This document shows, piece by piece, positions 24,912 through 35,829 of a stretch of 63,813 bases of DNA. The notes under the pieces were generated by a model. That model ran no database searches. It was not told the origin of the DNA and saw only the letters and a list, made by a program, of their open reading frames with translations. Numbering within the stretch: position 1 is the first letter of the stretch; each line of letters starts with the position of its first letter. The DNA lies in assembly GCA_009602725.1 (NCBI GenBank), contig WELB01000014.1, forward strand, positions 47,467-111,279. The letters are read 5' to 3'. The DNA comes from Spirogloea muscicola. Lineage: Eukaryota. The position numbers and the translations under genes are program-made.

Positions 24912-27900
24912 CTAAGCGGCAGCCACGAGTAACATGTCTGCCTTCAACTTAAAAATACAATTAAGAGCATCCTCCACCACCTGCAATTTGGCTCGACAAT
25001 TAGGCTTCCTGTGGTGTTTGCAATCACCTATCACTTCCTCAAAAGCTGTGTAGCTCTGTAGGTAATATAACAGTGCATTGCCAATGTGCACAATATAAGC
25101 AAGCTTGAGCACTAAGCAACGTAAGTGTATGTCATTGCATTGCAGCATGCAGACAACCCTGAACAAGCGAAGTGCCATAGAGGACATGCAGTACTGAGAA
25201 GGTCTGTTCCCAATTGGGCTGGAAAGCTGTAAGTGAGTCATATTAGATTCAAGGATAATACCTTATCAGGTGTGGAGGCACCAGATGTAACACCAATTGT
25301 GATTGGCCCTTGAGGCAGCCAATTTGTTTTCTCCACTAACTCGCCATGCTGCATGACAAGGAATGCTTTCAGGGTTGGCAAGCTACGTGAGCAAGAACTG
25401 CTCTTTGGAGACGCTATAACAGTATCTCAACGTGAAACTAACAGCAGCTTGCATGACCGTTGTTCACTGCGCTAATCACTCGCTGCACAGAAAGTGCATG
25501 CATAGGAACAGGTTTTGTAAGAAGATAGTCTGCACAGGCATCAGAGGGCCCACCAAAAGCTTGTGGAGTATGACATTGCCAGGACCGATGCGCGCTTCGC
25601 TATCAATCCAGTAAGACGGAACGCCCGTCTCTTCAGCAATCTCCTGCAGGTGAGATGTGTTACTTGAATTGAAGCCACCAACAACTAGCATGAGGTCCAC
25701 CTTGTCCTTAACGAGCTTGTACATAGCATCTTGCCGCTCCTGCAAAATGCACCAAAATAACCATCAATGAAAGCATTCGGCTGAAGCAATGAATGTTGGC
25801 TTCAAGACCACCAATGGCCAACAAAAGTCGAGCGGCCTATGCAGATGTCTACATGGTCCCTGCCTCTGGGCCCATAATGTCCATGAAGCTCAAGGCCATG
25901 TTCATTCTGCAATCCAGCATTCTTGCAACAGTTGCACAATCTGCAAAATGTATCAGCATGATACCTGCGTGGCATCGCAGATTGTATTAAACGACATGAA
26001 ATGGTCGTTCACGGAGGTAGGTCCATGTTTATTCATCATTGTCCTTTCCAGAAGCTTCCCTGCAGCAACCGCAGGTACCAGGTGGTCATCTGACAGCTGC
26101 TTGACTACAGCATAGCTGCACTCGTCATCGGCAGATTGCAACCTGCATACATCTTCACGTGCACCCCAGCAATAGATTTGGCTTCATTGAGCTTTCGGGG
26201 TCCCTCAGGAAAGCTGACCATGACAGAAGGATTTGACAGTAGGAAGGGACCAAAGAGGAAGTGTACCTATCTCCTCTGTCTCGCCCTTCAGCATAGTAGT
26301 TTGATTGGCTATACCTACCCTCAGTAAATCTTGATCTGGGTCAAAGTTGTTGCTAATCGCATATTTAAACTTCTGATACAAACGGTAGCCAAACGACTGC
26401 ATTCATCAGTCAACCATCTAGAGGTCAAGCACGTGGAACCCTCACTATGACCCATGCCGGCTAGGTTGTGAGCTGCAGACTGGACCTCATTTGCATTGCC
26501 GTTCATCGACAGCCACAGGAGGACATCTTACGTACCTCCAAAAAATCTGCCTTGGTGCCACTGCTCCCGTCAAGGTGGCCCTCAAGGATGTAATCACATA
26601 CATAATTCGCCTGAACATAAGGGTACGTGCATGGGTGTTTGAGGACCTGCAGCAGTGAACCTGCTGACACTAGCCAGCCATGCAAATGTCCAGCCAAATC
26701 CCCACATTGCATCTGGTGCTGCAGGCCAGCCTTGAAACTGGTCGTGGCGAAGTGCTCAAAATTCACGCTGGTCGATGGGAACGCTGACCTCCTTCATATT
26801 CTTCACAACGATGTAACTCCCAGCAAAGGACGCAGTGGCCACAGTCTCTTCATGCGTGTACTTGCCATGAATAACAGATGTGTAAAGCTTCTTCTTGTGT
26901 TTGTGAACTGCATCCCAAACCTGCTTGTGGATTGATCACAAGGATGACAAACAATACTGTGTGAGAAGATTGCACAGAGCATAAGTGCGGAGAGCTTAGA
27001 GAATGGACATCGCTGATGACTGTATAGAAATTGCTGAAGCTGATGTTCCTGACGGTCAGGTTCTCAGGCACAATGATATTCGATGGTGGTCCCAACAGTT
27101 CTCTTCTTTGACTTCGTCAACGCAGACCCCAGATGCCTGCAGCTTGACCACCTAAGGTGAAGCCCACCACTTTGAGGTTGATCAGCTTCTTAGAAGTAGC
27201 TTGCCTTGGAAACCCAAGGGCACGTGGTGTCCACAATCTGGACCTTCTTGTCATCAAGAAGCTGCATCTCCTGCACTGCCGCCCCAAAAGCAGGCAGCAC
27301 AACCACGTCGTTTGGCTGGACAACTTCGAAGTCCTTCTTGTCTTCTACCACAGGAATGAAGCCCACCTCCATGTCTCTCAGCCTCTGCACAGCGCCCGTT
27401 GGGTAAAATGGGCAGCTGCCCTGATGGAGGTAATGTAAAACTACATGCTGCATGGCGACATCGTGAGAAACTTGATTTTGGAAATGAGATATCATACATT
27501 GTTGACTGTTGGGTTGTGGATAATCTCATTCGTTATCCAGATCTTCTGCTCCGGGAACTGTTTCCGAGCTTCATAAGCCATCTGCACAGCACGCTCCACT
27601 CCCCAGCAGAATCCGTACGACTCTGCCAGCTTCACGGTCACGTCTCCCCACGTGAAAGTGAAGTTGTTCTCCCTGAGAAGCTTGATGATGTCGCCTGCCA
27701 GAAACCTCGGCAATGGTGAGTCTTCCAGTAGCTGGCAGAGATAAGATCAGCTTGAAGACAGGACGGCAACAGCTGCCCAGCTAATCACAGTGATACATAC
27801 CAACTACTGCTCATAGCAGCTGATGCGTCTGGCAGTACAGTGCGTCGCGACGATCCCCTTACTCGTGTACTCGCTGCTCATCTTCTCGAGCATCTCCTTC

Positions 27901-28204
27901 TTGTGACCAAACCCCTTTCGGTTGTACGAGGCGCTCTGATTCAAGGATCTCCGGAAAGCCCGGCCGTCAAAGACCATCTCGCCGGAGCCGGCGCCGGCGT
28001 CGGCGGCTGCTCCCGCTACAGCCTCTTCCGCGCCATGCGATGGCGACGCCGCAACCTCCTCGCCGGCGCCGCATCGCGCTCCAGCAGGAGCGCATCGTGC
28101 GCGCCGGCCCCGGGAGCGTCCCTGAAGCCGGCAAGGAGCCGAGCCCGAGGACGACGCCGCAGCGTCCTTGCCGGACGCCACGCGCCGCCGCGCGGAGGCT
28201 TCGN

Positions 28205-28235
<31 letters not shown>

Positions 28236-28265
28236 AGCGGCGGGCGACGCCATGGCTGCCTGCAT
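24912..28265 (-). CDS. HDR (ispH): 4-hydroxy-3-methylbut-2-enyl diphosphate reductase (MEP pathway, plastid-targeted), multi-exon
   Basis: Ala/Ser/Arg-rich transit peptide, then [125 protein letters not shown] and VVEDAL..AAA* (24912). One n at 28204. Confidence 0.97.
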
Positions 28266-28775
28266 GGGCGATGACCCTCGGCTTGTGGAGGACAAGAGCA
28301 GCCTGGGGGGCCAGTAGCGTTGGGGAGCTCGCAATCCTGACAGGTCAGCAAAAAATCAGTCCGACGTGTATTTCTCTAGGTGGTCCGATCTAATTCCTAC
28401 GTGGCGAAGATCTTGATATCCAGGCCTACGTGCCGCAGGGGCCGTCTGCCCCAGGCAACTTTCCTGCGGCGCGCTCCAAATCCGTGCGGCAATTGAGCGC
28501 TGCTTCTAGTGGGCGCCGGCCGACAGACGGAGCCGTGAACGGGGGGGGTGGCTTCAGGCGCCCTCCCGATCAGAGCTGCGTTAGCGGGCCGGCATCGATT
28601 GAGGCCGTCGAGAGAAATAGCTCTTAATAAGATTATCGCAAGGCAATGGCTGTGAGAGGCCAGCCCGGAGGGAATGTACATTGCCTTGAGTTGGTAAGCT
28701 ATTTCTTTAAGTAAAGTGTCAGAAACCCGGAAACTAAGTGGGCGAGGCCCAAAAGACGAAGTGGTACTCCCAATG

Positions 28776-31700
28776 AAATGCGTGTATATTAAGAGATGGG
28801 GAGGCCATGTGTGGCCAAGTACAAAGGCAAGCACATTGGACAAATGTACGTCACCTGCTGCTAAGCTGACCCGCTCAGTAACCACGAGTCAGCACATAGA
28901 GGTCGCTAGCTGACGCTCGAATACCGGACGGCAATTGACTAGCTCTTGTGCCAGCAGCTAAGGCTCGACCAGCTTTCTGATGCAGAGCATACGCCTGAGC
29001 TCGTTGCAGACAGGTTGACAATGGGGGCAATGGGGGCAAGGGCTGCGAAAAGAGAAAGAGCGGACAGATTGACTGGTGGCGCCGAAGTGGCCCTCCCACT
29101 GGGGCCAAAGAGGGCAGAGCTCGCCCACAGAGAAGAGGGGCTAGCAATGCCAGCTCGAAAAGAATCGACAACTATTAAAGCCAAAGAAAGAAGAATGAGT
29201 GTATTTTAAGAGATGGAGGGCCATGTCCAAAGGCAAGCACATTGACAAAAGTATGTCACCTGCTGCTAGGCTGACCCGTTCAGTAACCACGAGTCAGCAC
29301 ATAGAGGTCGCTAACTAATGTCCGAATACGGGACGGCAGTCGACAAGCTCTTGAGCTACCAGCTCAGGCTCGACCAGCTTTCTGATGCAACGCATGAGCC
29401 TGAGCTCGCTGCAGACAAGCTGACACTCGACGTCGCAAGAATGACAAGTAGACTGCCGGCATGCCCATCTGAGCTGGAAGCATGTCTTCACGTCGAGCAT
29501 ATCCCAAGCTTGCAATATTCTCCAGCAAGGTGTGGAAGCGAGGGGGAAGGAGGCAATCCGCCGAGACCCAGAGTCGGCAGCCAGAGCACGTCCTGCTCTC
29601 GTATGGACGGCGTGGGCAAGGGAGCGTGGGAACAACAGCAACAAGTAGGCTGCCGGCATGTTTATCTGCGTTAGAAGCATATCCTCCCTTCGAGCGCATC
29701 CCAAGCTTGCGATATTCTGCAGTAAGGTGTGGAAGCGAGGGCCCATGCTGCCAAAAGTGTCGATTGCCGCCGGTAGGAGGTGATCGCTGCGGGGCTAGTC
29801 AGAGTAGTGTCGGAGCTTTCTCTGCTCAGCACCTCCCACTGCGTGGCCAGCAGTGTGCGTCGAAGCGGAAGTCTTGTATGCCCCCGTGACCACCACGTCG
29901 ATCAAGGCTCTAGGGCCACCGTCAGGTTGTACACCCACAGTGTCCAGGGTGCGACAGTGATGACGTCCCTGGGAGTCCGTGGTGATGGGCATTAAATTGC
30001 TTACTTCCACAATGGCGCGGTAGCCGGCGTCGTGCATTGGGCCTGCCAGGGCGTCCCGTAGGAGATTATGGACGCCCACCACCTCAGGGCCTGTGGGACA
30101 CCGTAGCATGTGGGTGGCAAGGTCTCCGCCCACCGCACGGAAGCCGCACTCACACTGAGTTACTCCAATCAGGCAGGTCAGGGGCAGGCCTAGGCACAGC
30201 TGGAGAAGCGTCCGGAATGCTTCGGGGCTGATTCTGAAAGCGTTGTGGGTTGCGCGTGTTGTGAGCCAATCCGTTGCCCCAGGTGTTGCGAGCGATGTGA
30301 GGCGTGCCAGACTCCTTGGATTGGTCATGATGATCTGATATTTGGCATCCTCCTCAATGTCTTGCGGCGATCATCCTCAACTGCAGCCACGAGTCTGGCC
30401 TGTGCCCCTTTGTCTGATGCTTGAGCAAGCGCCGAGAAGGGAGTGAAGAGGGGTTGCAGGGAAAGAAAGAGGTGACAACAAAGGACTACACTACAAAACA
30501 TAATAACGCACTAGGGAAGCTCAGTACCCGCGCGTGAGCAACATCAGGTCAGAGTAGCTCGTTACAGGGAAGGCTGTGAATGAGTGTGTATTATGAAATG
30601 GAGGGCCATGTGTGGCCAAGTACAAGGGTAAGCACACTGACATATGTACGTCACTTGTTGCTAAGCTGACCGGCTTGGTAAGCACGAGTCAGCACATAGA
30701 GGTCGCTCACTGATGCCCGAATACCGGACGGCAATCGACAAGCTCTTGAGCTACCAGCTGAGGCGCGACCAGCTTTCTGATGCAACGCATGAGCCTGAGC
30801 TCGCTGCAGACAAGCTGACACTCGACGTTGCAAGAATGACAAGTTGACTGCCGGCATGCCCATCTGAGCTGGAAGCATGTCCTCACGTCGAGCATATCCC
30901 AAGCTTGCAATATTCTCCAGCAAGGTGTGGAAGCGAGGGGAAAGTGCTCGCCCAATGAGAATAGGGGCTGGAAAAGCCAGCCCAAAAAAGAATGTACAGA
31001 GTACAGAAAGGAGGCAATCCACCGAGACCCAGAGGCGGCAGCCAGAGCTCCTCCTGCTGTCGTGTGGACGGCGTGGGCAAGGGAGCGTGGGAACGACACC
31101 GCCAGGCGCATGCGAAAGAGGGCGAGCGAACCGGCGGCGTTGAAGCCGGGCAGCGCCCCTGACGGAACCGACCGCCTGTAAATGGCCAGACGGGCAAGCC
31201 GTTGAAGGAGATCCAGCCAGCGGCTTCCGAAAAAGTGCTCGCCCATTGAGGATAGGGGCTGGGAAAGCCAGACCAAAAAAGAACACAGTACGAGACGGGG
31301 GCCAGGGCAAACTCCGTGTATAAGAAACAGATGTAGGCCAAAGTACAAAGGCAAGCACATCTAAAGATCTACGTACAGCAGATTGACCCGCTCAACAACC
31401 ACGGGTCAAAATATAAAGGCCACTAATCGATGCATGAATACTAGAAGGGCCAGGGGAAGCGCTAAGCAAAATAGCACACAAAGAAACAAAGCAGCTACAA
31501 ATTACTCAGTAACCCCTGCTAAGAAAGCGGCAGATCAGAGATGCTAGGCTCCTGGAAGTGGGGTCCCCTAGCTAGAGCCAGAGGCTTATTTCCTCTTTCC
31601 ACGGGCCAAAAGCCCCGTGGACGTCGATCGCCAGGGCCGCGAACTCGTCACCAACCGGGTGGTCGGCATATTTTAGCTCGTTACCGCGGGCCGCCAGGCC

Positions 31701-32003
31701 GACCGCATGCCCTACAAACGACGCCGACCTGTTGGGATTGGCGGAGTCGAAGCAGTCAGCTGTCACCACGTCGGCGATGATGCGGGAACCGCCGCCGGGA
31801 GCACAAGGCTGTGAGAAGAAAGTGCTCGCCCATTGAGAATAGGGGCTCGAAAGAAAGAAGAATGAGCTCGCCCATAGAAGAGAGGAGCTGGCAGAAGCCA
31901 GCCCAAAAGAAGAATGAACAGAGTACGAGAAGGGGGCCAGGAGAAGCCAGGTATTCGGGCATCAGTCGCTCACTGATGCCCGAATACCGGGCGGCAATCG
32001 ACA
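28776..32003 (-). mobile_element. Cluster of co-oriented CRE fragments (subfamilies A, B, C and solo tails) upstream of HDR
   Basis: LTRGY*-type ends near 28875, 29280, 30520, 30675, 31392 and 31506. The largest piece (B, about 29200-30460) encodes ATDWL..FRTLLQLCLG..CECG..HMLRC..HNLLRD..RTLD..LIDV..RKLRHY. 31590-31800 encodes IIADVVTADCFD..ELKYADHP..AIDVHGAFG. Confidence 0.85.
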
Positions 32004-32006
32004 AGC

Positions 32007-32345
32007 CTCAAGAAGAATGTCAAAACACATGCCTAGCCCAGGATTCGTGTTGCACGAAGTCATTTCTTGTGCAACAGAGTAAAGAATTCCTACATATCTA
32101 ATATGCCGTTTGGATAACGTCTCTTATAGGTATTCATCCTTCACATACTTGCTAGTACCAGCCACGTGATCCTGGCTCCGCTAGAGGGGCTTGCCTACAG
32201 CCGACAAGTGCAATACTGCTCCGCCTCTTCAACTCCACCCGCGTTTCCGAACCATACACCCTGCTTATTTCCTCATCGCATGTGGTGCTCTATGCAACAT
32301 TTCTTGTGGGTCTAGCTTCAATGCGAGGATAGTGAGTTTGTTAGT
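32007..32345 (+). pseudogene. Diverged copy of the last codons and 3' flank of the Smr-domain gene
   Basis: ctcaagaagaatgtcaaaacacatgcctag (LKKNVKTHA*) matches 40172-40201 (LKKKVTTHA*). Similarity continues to about 40420, with an extra ~90 bp in this copy. Confidence 0.8.
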
Positions 32346-32354
32346 TGTTGATTG

Positions 32355-33096
32355 CTAAGCTTCAGAAACTCTAAGTAGTCAGCAGTGATGTCCACTTACT
32401 AAGCTCTTCATATTGAGCTGTATGCGCACTTTCTTTACACAGTATGCATTGTCATTCTTGTGGTCGGTCAGCAGATTTGAATGCAGTTCACAAACATAAG
32501 ACGAAGCTGTACACAGCTGTCATTCATGGCAAATCTCACACGAGGAGACGGTTGCTGCTGCATTATTTGCTGGAACATACATCGTGGTGAAGAACATGAA
32601 GGAGGTCCGTGTTCCATTGACCTGCGTGAAGTACTAGCATTTTGCCACGTTCAACTTGCAGGGCCACAGCACGAGATGCAGTGTTGGGACCTGGCTAATC
32701 ATCTGCATGACCGGCTAATACTAGCAGTTTCACTGCTGCAGGTCCTGAGAGAGGACCTGCAGCAGTGAAACTGCTAGTATTAGCCAGGTCCCAGCAGATG
32801 ATTAGCCAGGTCCCAACACTTCACGCAGGCCAGCCAGCCTTTTAAATTGAACGTGGCAAAGTGCTGGTACTTCACATAGGTCAATGGAATACGACCTTAT
32901 GTTCTTCACCACAATGTATTTCCCAGCAAATAACGCAGCAGCTCTACAGTCTCCTCGTGTGAGTGCTTGCTATGAATGACAGATGTGTACAGCTTCGTCT
33001 TAGGTTTGTGAACTGCATCCAAATCTGCTGACCGACCACAAGAATGACAATGCATAGTGTGTAAAGAAAGTGCGCATACAGCTCAATATGAAGAGC
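32355..33096. pseudogene. Fold-back (inverted) duplication of an HDR exon plus flanking intron sequence
   Basis: Arms 32403-32746 and 32752-33096 around a 5-nt loop (GAGAG). Both arms are homologous to HDR 26641-27000, including the exon [29 protein letters not shown], with stop/frameshift lesions. Confidence 0.92.
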
Positions 33097-33334
33097 GGGT
33101 TGGCGACGATATCCTCCCCGGAGGACTACGCTGCCGCAGGTGAATAGCGAGGAGCGCGGCGCCGACGATGCCGATCTCGAGTGGTGCAACCTCGAACGGT
33201 GCGACGCAGCTGGCGGCGGAAGCCGGCATCGGAGGGGGCGGAGCGTCGATCAGGCGCGAGGCCGCGGGGATGGATGTGCAACTGCCGCAGATGGGGGCCG
33301 GGGGGCTGGACGCCGATCAGCTGAGCTGGGAGGA

Positions 33335-33474
33335 AAATGCGTGTATATTAAGAGATGGGGAGGCCATGTGTGGCCAAGTACAAAGGCAAGCACATTGGAC
33401 AAATGTACGTCACCTGCTGCTAAGCTGACCCGCTCAGTAACCACGAGTCAGCACATAGAGGTCGCTAGCTGACG
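33335..33474 (-). mobile_element. CRE subfamily B 3' tail (140 bp)
   Basis: Reads identical to 28776-28915 and includes VLTRGY* and the B-type 3' UTR. Confidence 0.85.
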
Positions 33475-33599
33475 GGAGGGAGGAGGGGGGGGGCGCCGGG
33501 GGCACTGGTCAGGCGCGGGGCCGCGGGGATGATCCATGTGCAACTGCCGCGGAGGGACGGGGCGGGCGGATATGAGGAATTTGAAAATGCCGACGAGTA

Positions 33600-33900
33600 A
33601 TGCCATCACCTCGGCGTGAAAATGCCACAGGAACGACGCCAGTGGCCACATCGGGAGCTGTTTGTACAACTCACAATGTGAAGGCATGGCGCCTTTTTCC
33701 TGCTCCCTCGCGGAACTCTCGAGGCCGCCCTGGCCTGCCACGTGGCCTAGAGGGGGGACCATCGCGCGTGGGCGCCCCCGGCCCGGAAGGCGCCAGATTC
33801 TTCTTGATACACGGAAAACTTATTGCGAGGGGATCTGCTAGTGAGCGCACCATCACCTCTTGGCAGCAAATTGAGATCCGAATGCCACAGGAAAGCTCGG
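33600..33900. repeat. Unclassified GC-rich repeat (~260 bp unit), also at about 35745-35828 and 36495-36830
   Basis: Shared blocks cacagga(ac)gacgccagtgg, gcctttttcctgc(t/a)ccctcg(c/g)gg(a/c)actct(c/t)gaggccgccc and cgcgcgtgggc/gcccccggccc..gaaggcgcca. aatgccacagga recurs at about 33621 and 33881. Confidence 0.6.
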
Positions 33901-34074
33901 CCAATCTTAAGGTAGCAGCTGGAATAGGCCAGGCCAACAAATCACATGGACAAGGTGCCTATTCGCGGAAGACCGCCTAAACCACACTATTCAACAGACT
34001 ACAGCGGAGGGGCAGGACGCAGCCAGTGGTGAAATCAGGAAGAAGGGCTCACCCATTCAGGAGCTTTCATCATG

Positions 34075-35740
34075 CATGGCATCGCGGAAGCGGTCGTGGG
34101 CCGCCGTCCGCTCGCCGCCGTGAGCGCAGCGCAGGACGTGGGCGGCTAGCTCCCCAGACTCGGCCCCTCGCTCGCCGCATGCACATTGTCGCACGCCCTG
34201 GAGACAAGGAGGCGGCAAGCCCAGGAGCCTGTGGACTGCAGTACGGAAGACCTCATCGGGAAGCGTGAGGGCGTCGGTGAGGGGGAGGGCCTGAAGCCAC
34301 GCCGCTGCTCCCGGGGACGAGGCAGAGAGGAGTCTCGCGCGCCCGCGCTGGTCGGCCTCAGGGAGCTGCAGTACGACGGTGGTGTAGGCGGCTTTGTCGA
34401 CGACGGCCGCGAAGCGCGCTTGGACGCGCAGGTCAGCGGTGTGCGCGAGGTGCGCAAACGAGACCGCCTGGCCTGCCATGTCGGGGTGTGCCGCGAGCAG
34501 CTCCTGGTGGGCGGTGCTAAGCGCCACTTGGAACGGCAGCGCGCCCTTGTCCACCTCCACCACCGCCTGCTCCAGTGCACGCCGGCCATGGACCAAGAAG
34601 CGCTGCGCCACGGAGGCGGCAGTCTGTGCCCAGCTGCCGAGGTATGCCGCCCGGCATGAGCGGACGAGCGGGCGCAGGTCGAGGCCGCCGTGGCTGATGG
34701 GTAGCGCCGCCTGGTGGAGAGCTGCTGACGACGGGACGAAGCCCGGGTGGCTGACCAGGGCCGCCAAGCTCGCCCCCATGCCCGCGTCGAACGCCTCGTA
34801 CGCTGCCAATGCCCCTGGGGACGGCGGGGTGGCCCGCGTCAGGTACTGGGGCCGCTGCCCTATGGCCTTGGTCAGCATGGCCAAGGACAGCTGCATATCC
34901 TCCAGCTCGGGGAGCCGGGCCGCGGGCAGAAGGTGCTCCTCGAGGCGGGCTCGCAGCTGCCCCTTCACGAAGGCCGGCGTGCCGATGGGGACGCCCAAGA
35001 GGGTGAAGCCATCCGCCGGAGTCCGGCATCCGGGGGGCAGCGCCAGGGTGGGTGGAATAACGCCAGGGGACCAAGCCGCGCACTTCGCCGCCCGAATGGA
35101 CAGGCCGAGGGAAGCCAGCTGCTGCTCGAAGATACCGAAGGCCGCCGCCACGTCCTCCGGAGGGCCGACTATTGTGGTGTCGTCCGCGAAGGTTGGGAGA
35201 AGGACTCCCGGGTGGGCCGCTGCGGTTGCCTGCAGAGCCCGGTTGTGCGCGAGCGCAAAGAAGAAGCCGGCAAGGGGGTCCCCTTGCCGCGTGCCCGTGC
35301 GGGACTGCAGGACCTCCACCTGTTCACCCCCTGTCCGCCAGAGGAGGTCGCTGGGCTGACCATACCCCAAGCGGAAAAGGGTACCAGGGAGGGGAAGGAG
35401 GCCCGGAGCTCCTCCGCAATGCTGGCGCGCTTCACGGTGTTGAAGGCATTCGCCACGTCGACGGCCAGCACCAGCCACCCCGGGTGCTGGTCCAAGGTCG
35501 CACGGACCTCGTGAACGACGGCCTCGCCTCCACTCCGCAGCCCCGCGCCGTACTGGTGTGGCGCCAAGTGCACCTGCGCCGGCCCCGCATGCTGCTGCCA
35601 GAGTACGCGGCTCACCAGGCGGTACAGGACCTCCCCAATGGCAATGGGCCTGACCCCCCCGCTCGGCTTGTCGAGGGCGAGCAGCGTGCTGGTGCACAGG
35701 ACGCCACGGATGCCGGCCGGCACGTTGTCCCTGGCCAGGT
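34075..35740 (-). mobile_element. CRE-clade non-LTR reverse transcriptase ORF fragment (RT domains, thumb, zinc knuckle), truncated at both ends, one frameshift
   Basis: LLALDKPSGGVRPIAIGEVLYRL, HQYGAGLRSGGEAVVH, VDVANAFNTV, GTRQGDPL, TFADDTTIVG, LGVPIG, LPISHGGL, AAAWLQALP, FRTAVHRLLG and CACG..HVLRC..AHDRFRD. Frameshift near 35380. Confidence 0.93.
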
Positions 35741-35829
35741 GCTGCTTTTCTTTGCTCCCTCGGGGCACTCTCGAGGCTGCCCGAGTCTGTCACGTGGCAG
35801 GGCGGGGGGACCACCGCGCGTGGGCTGCT

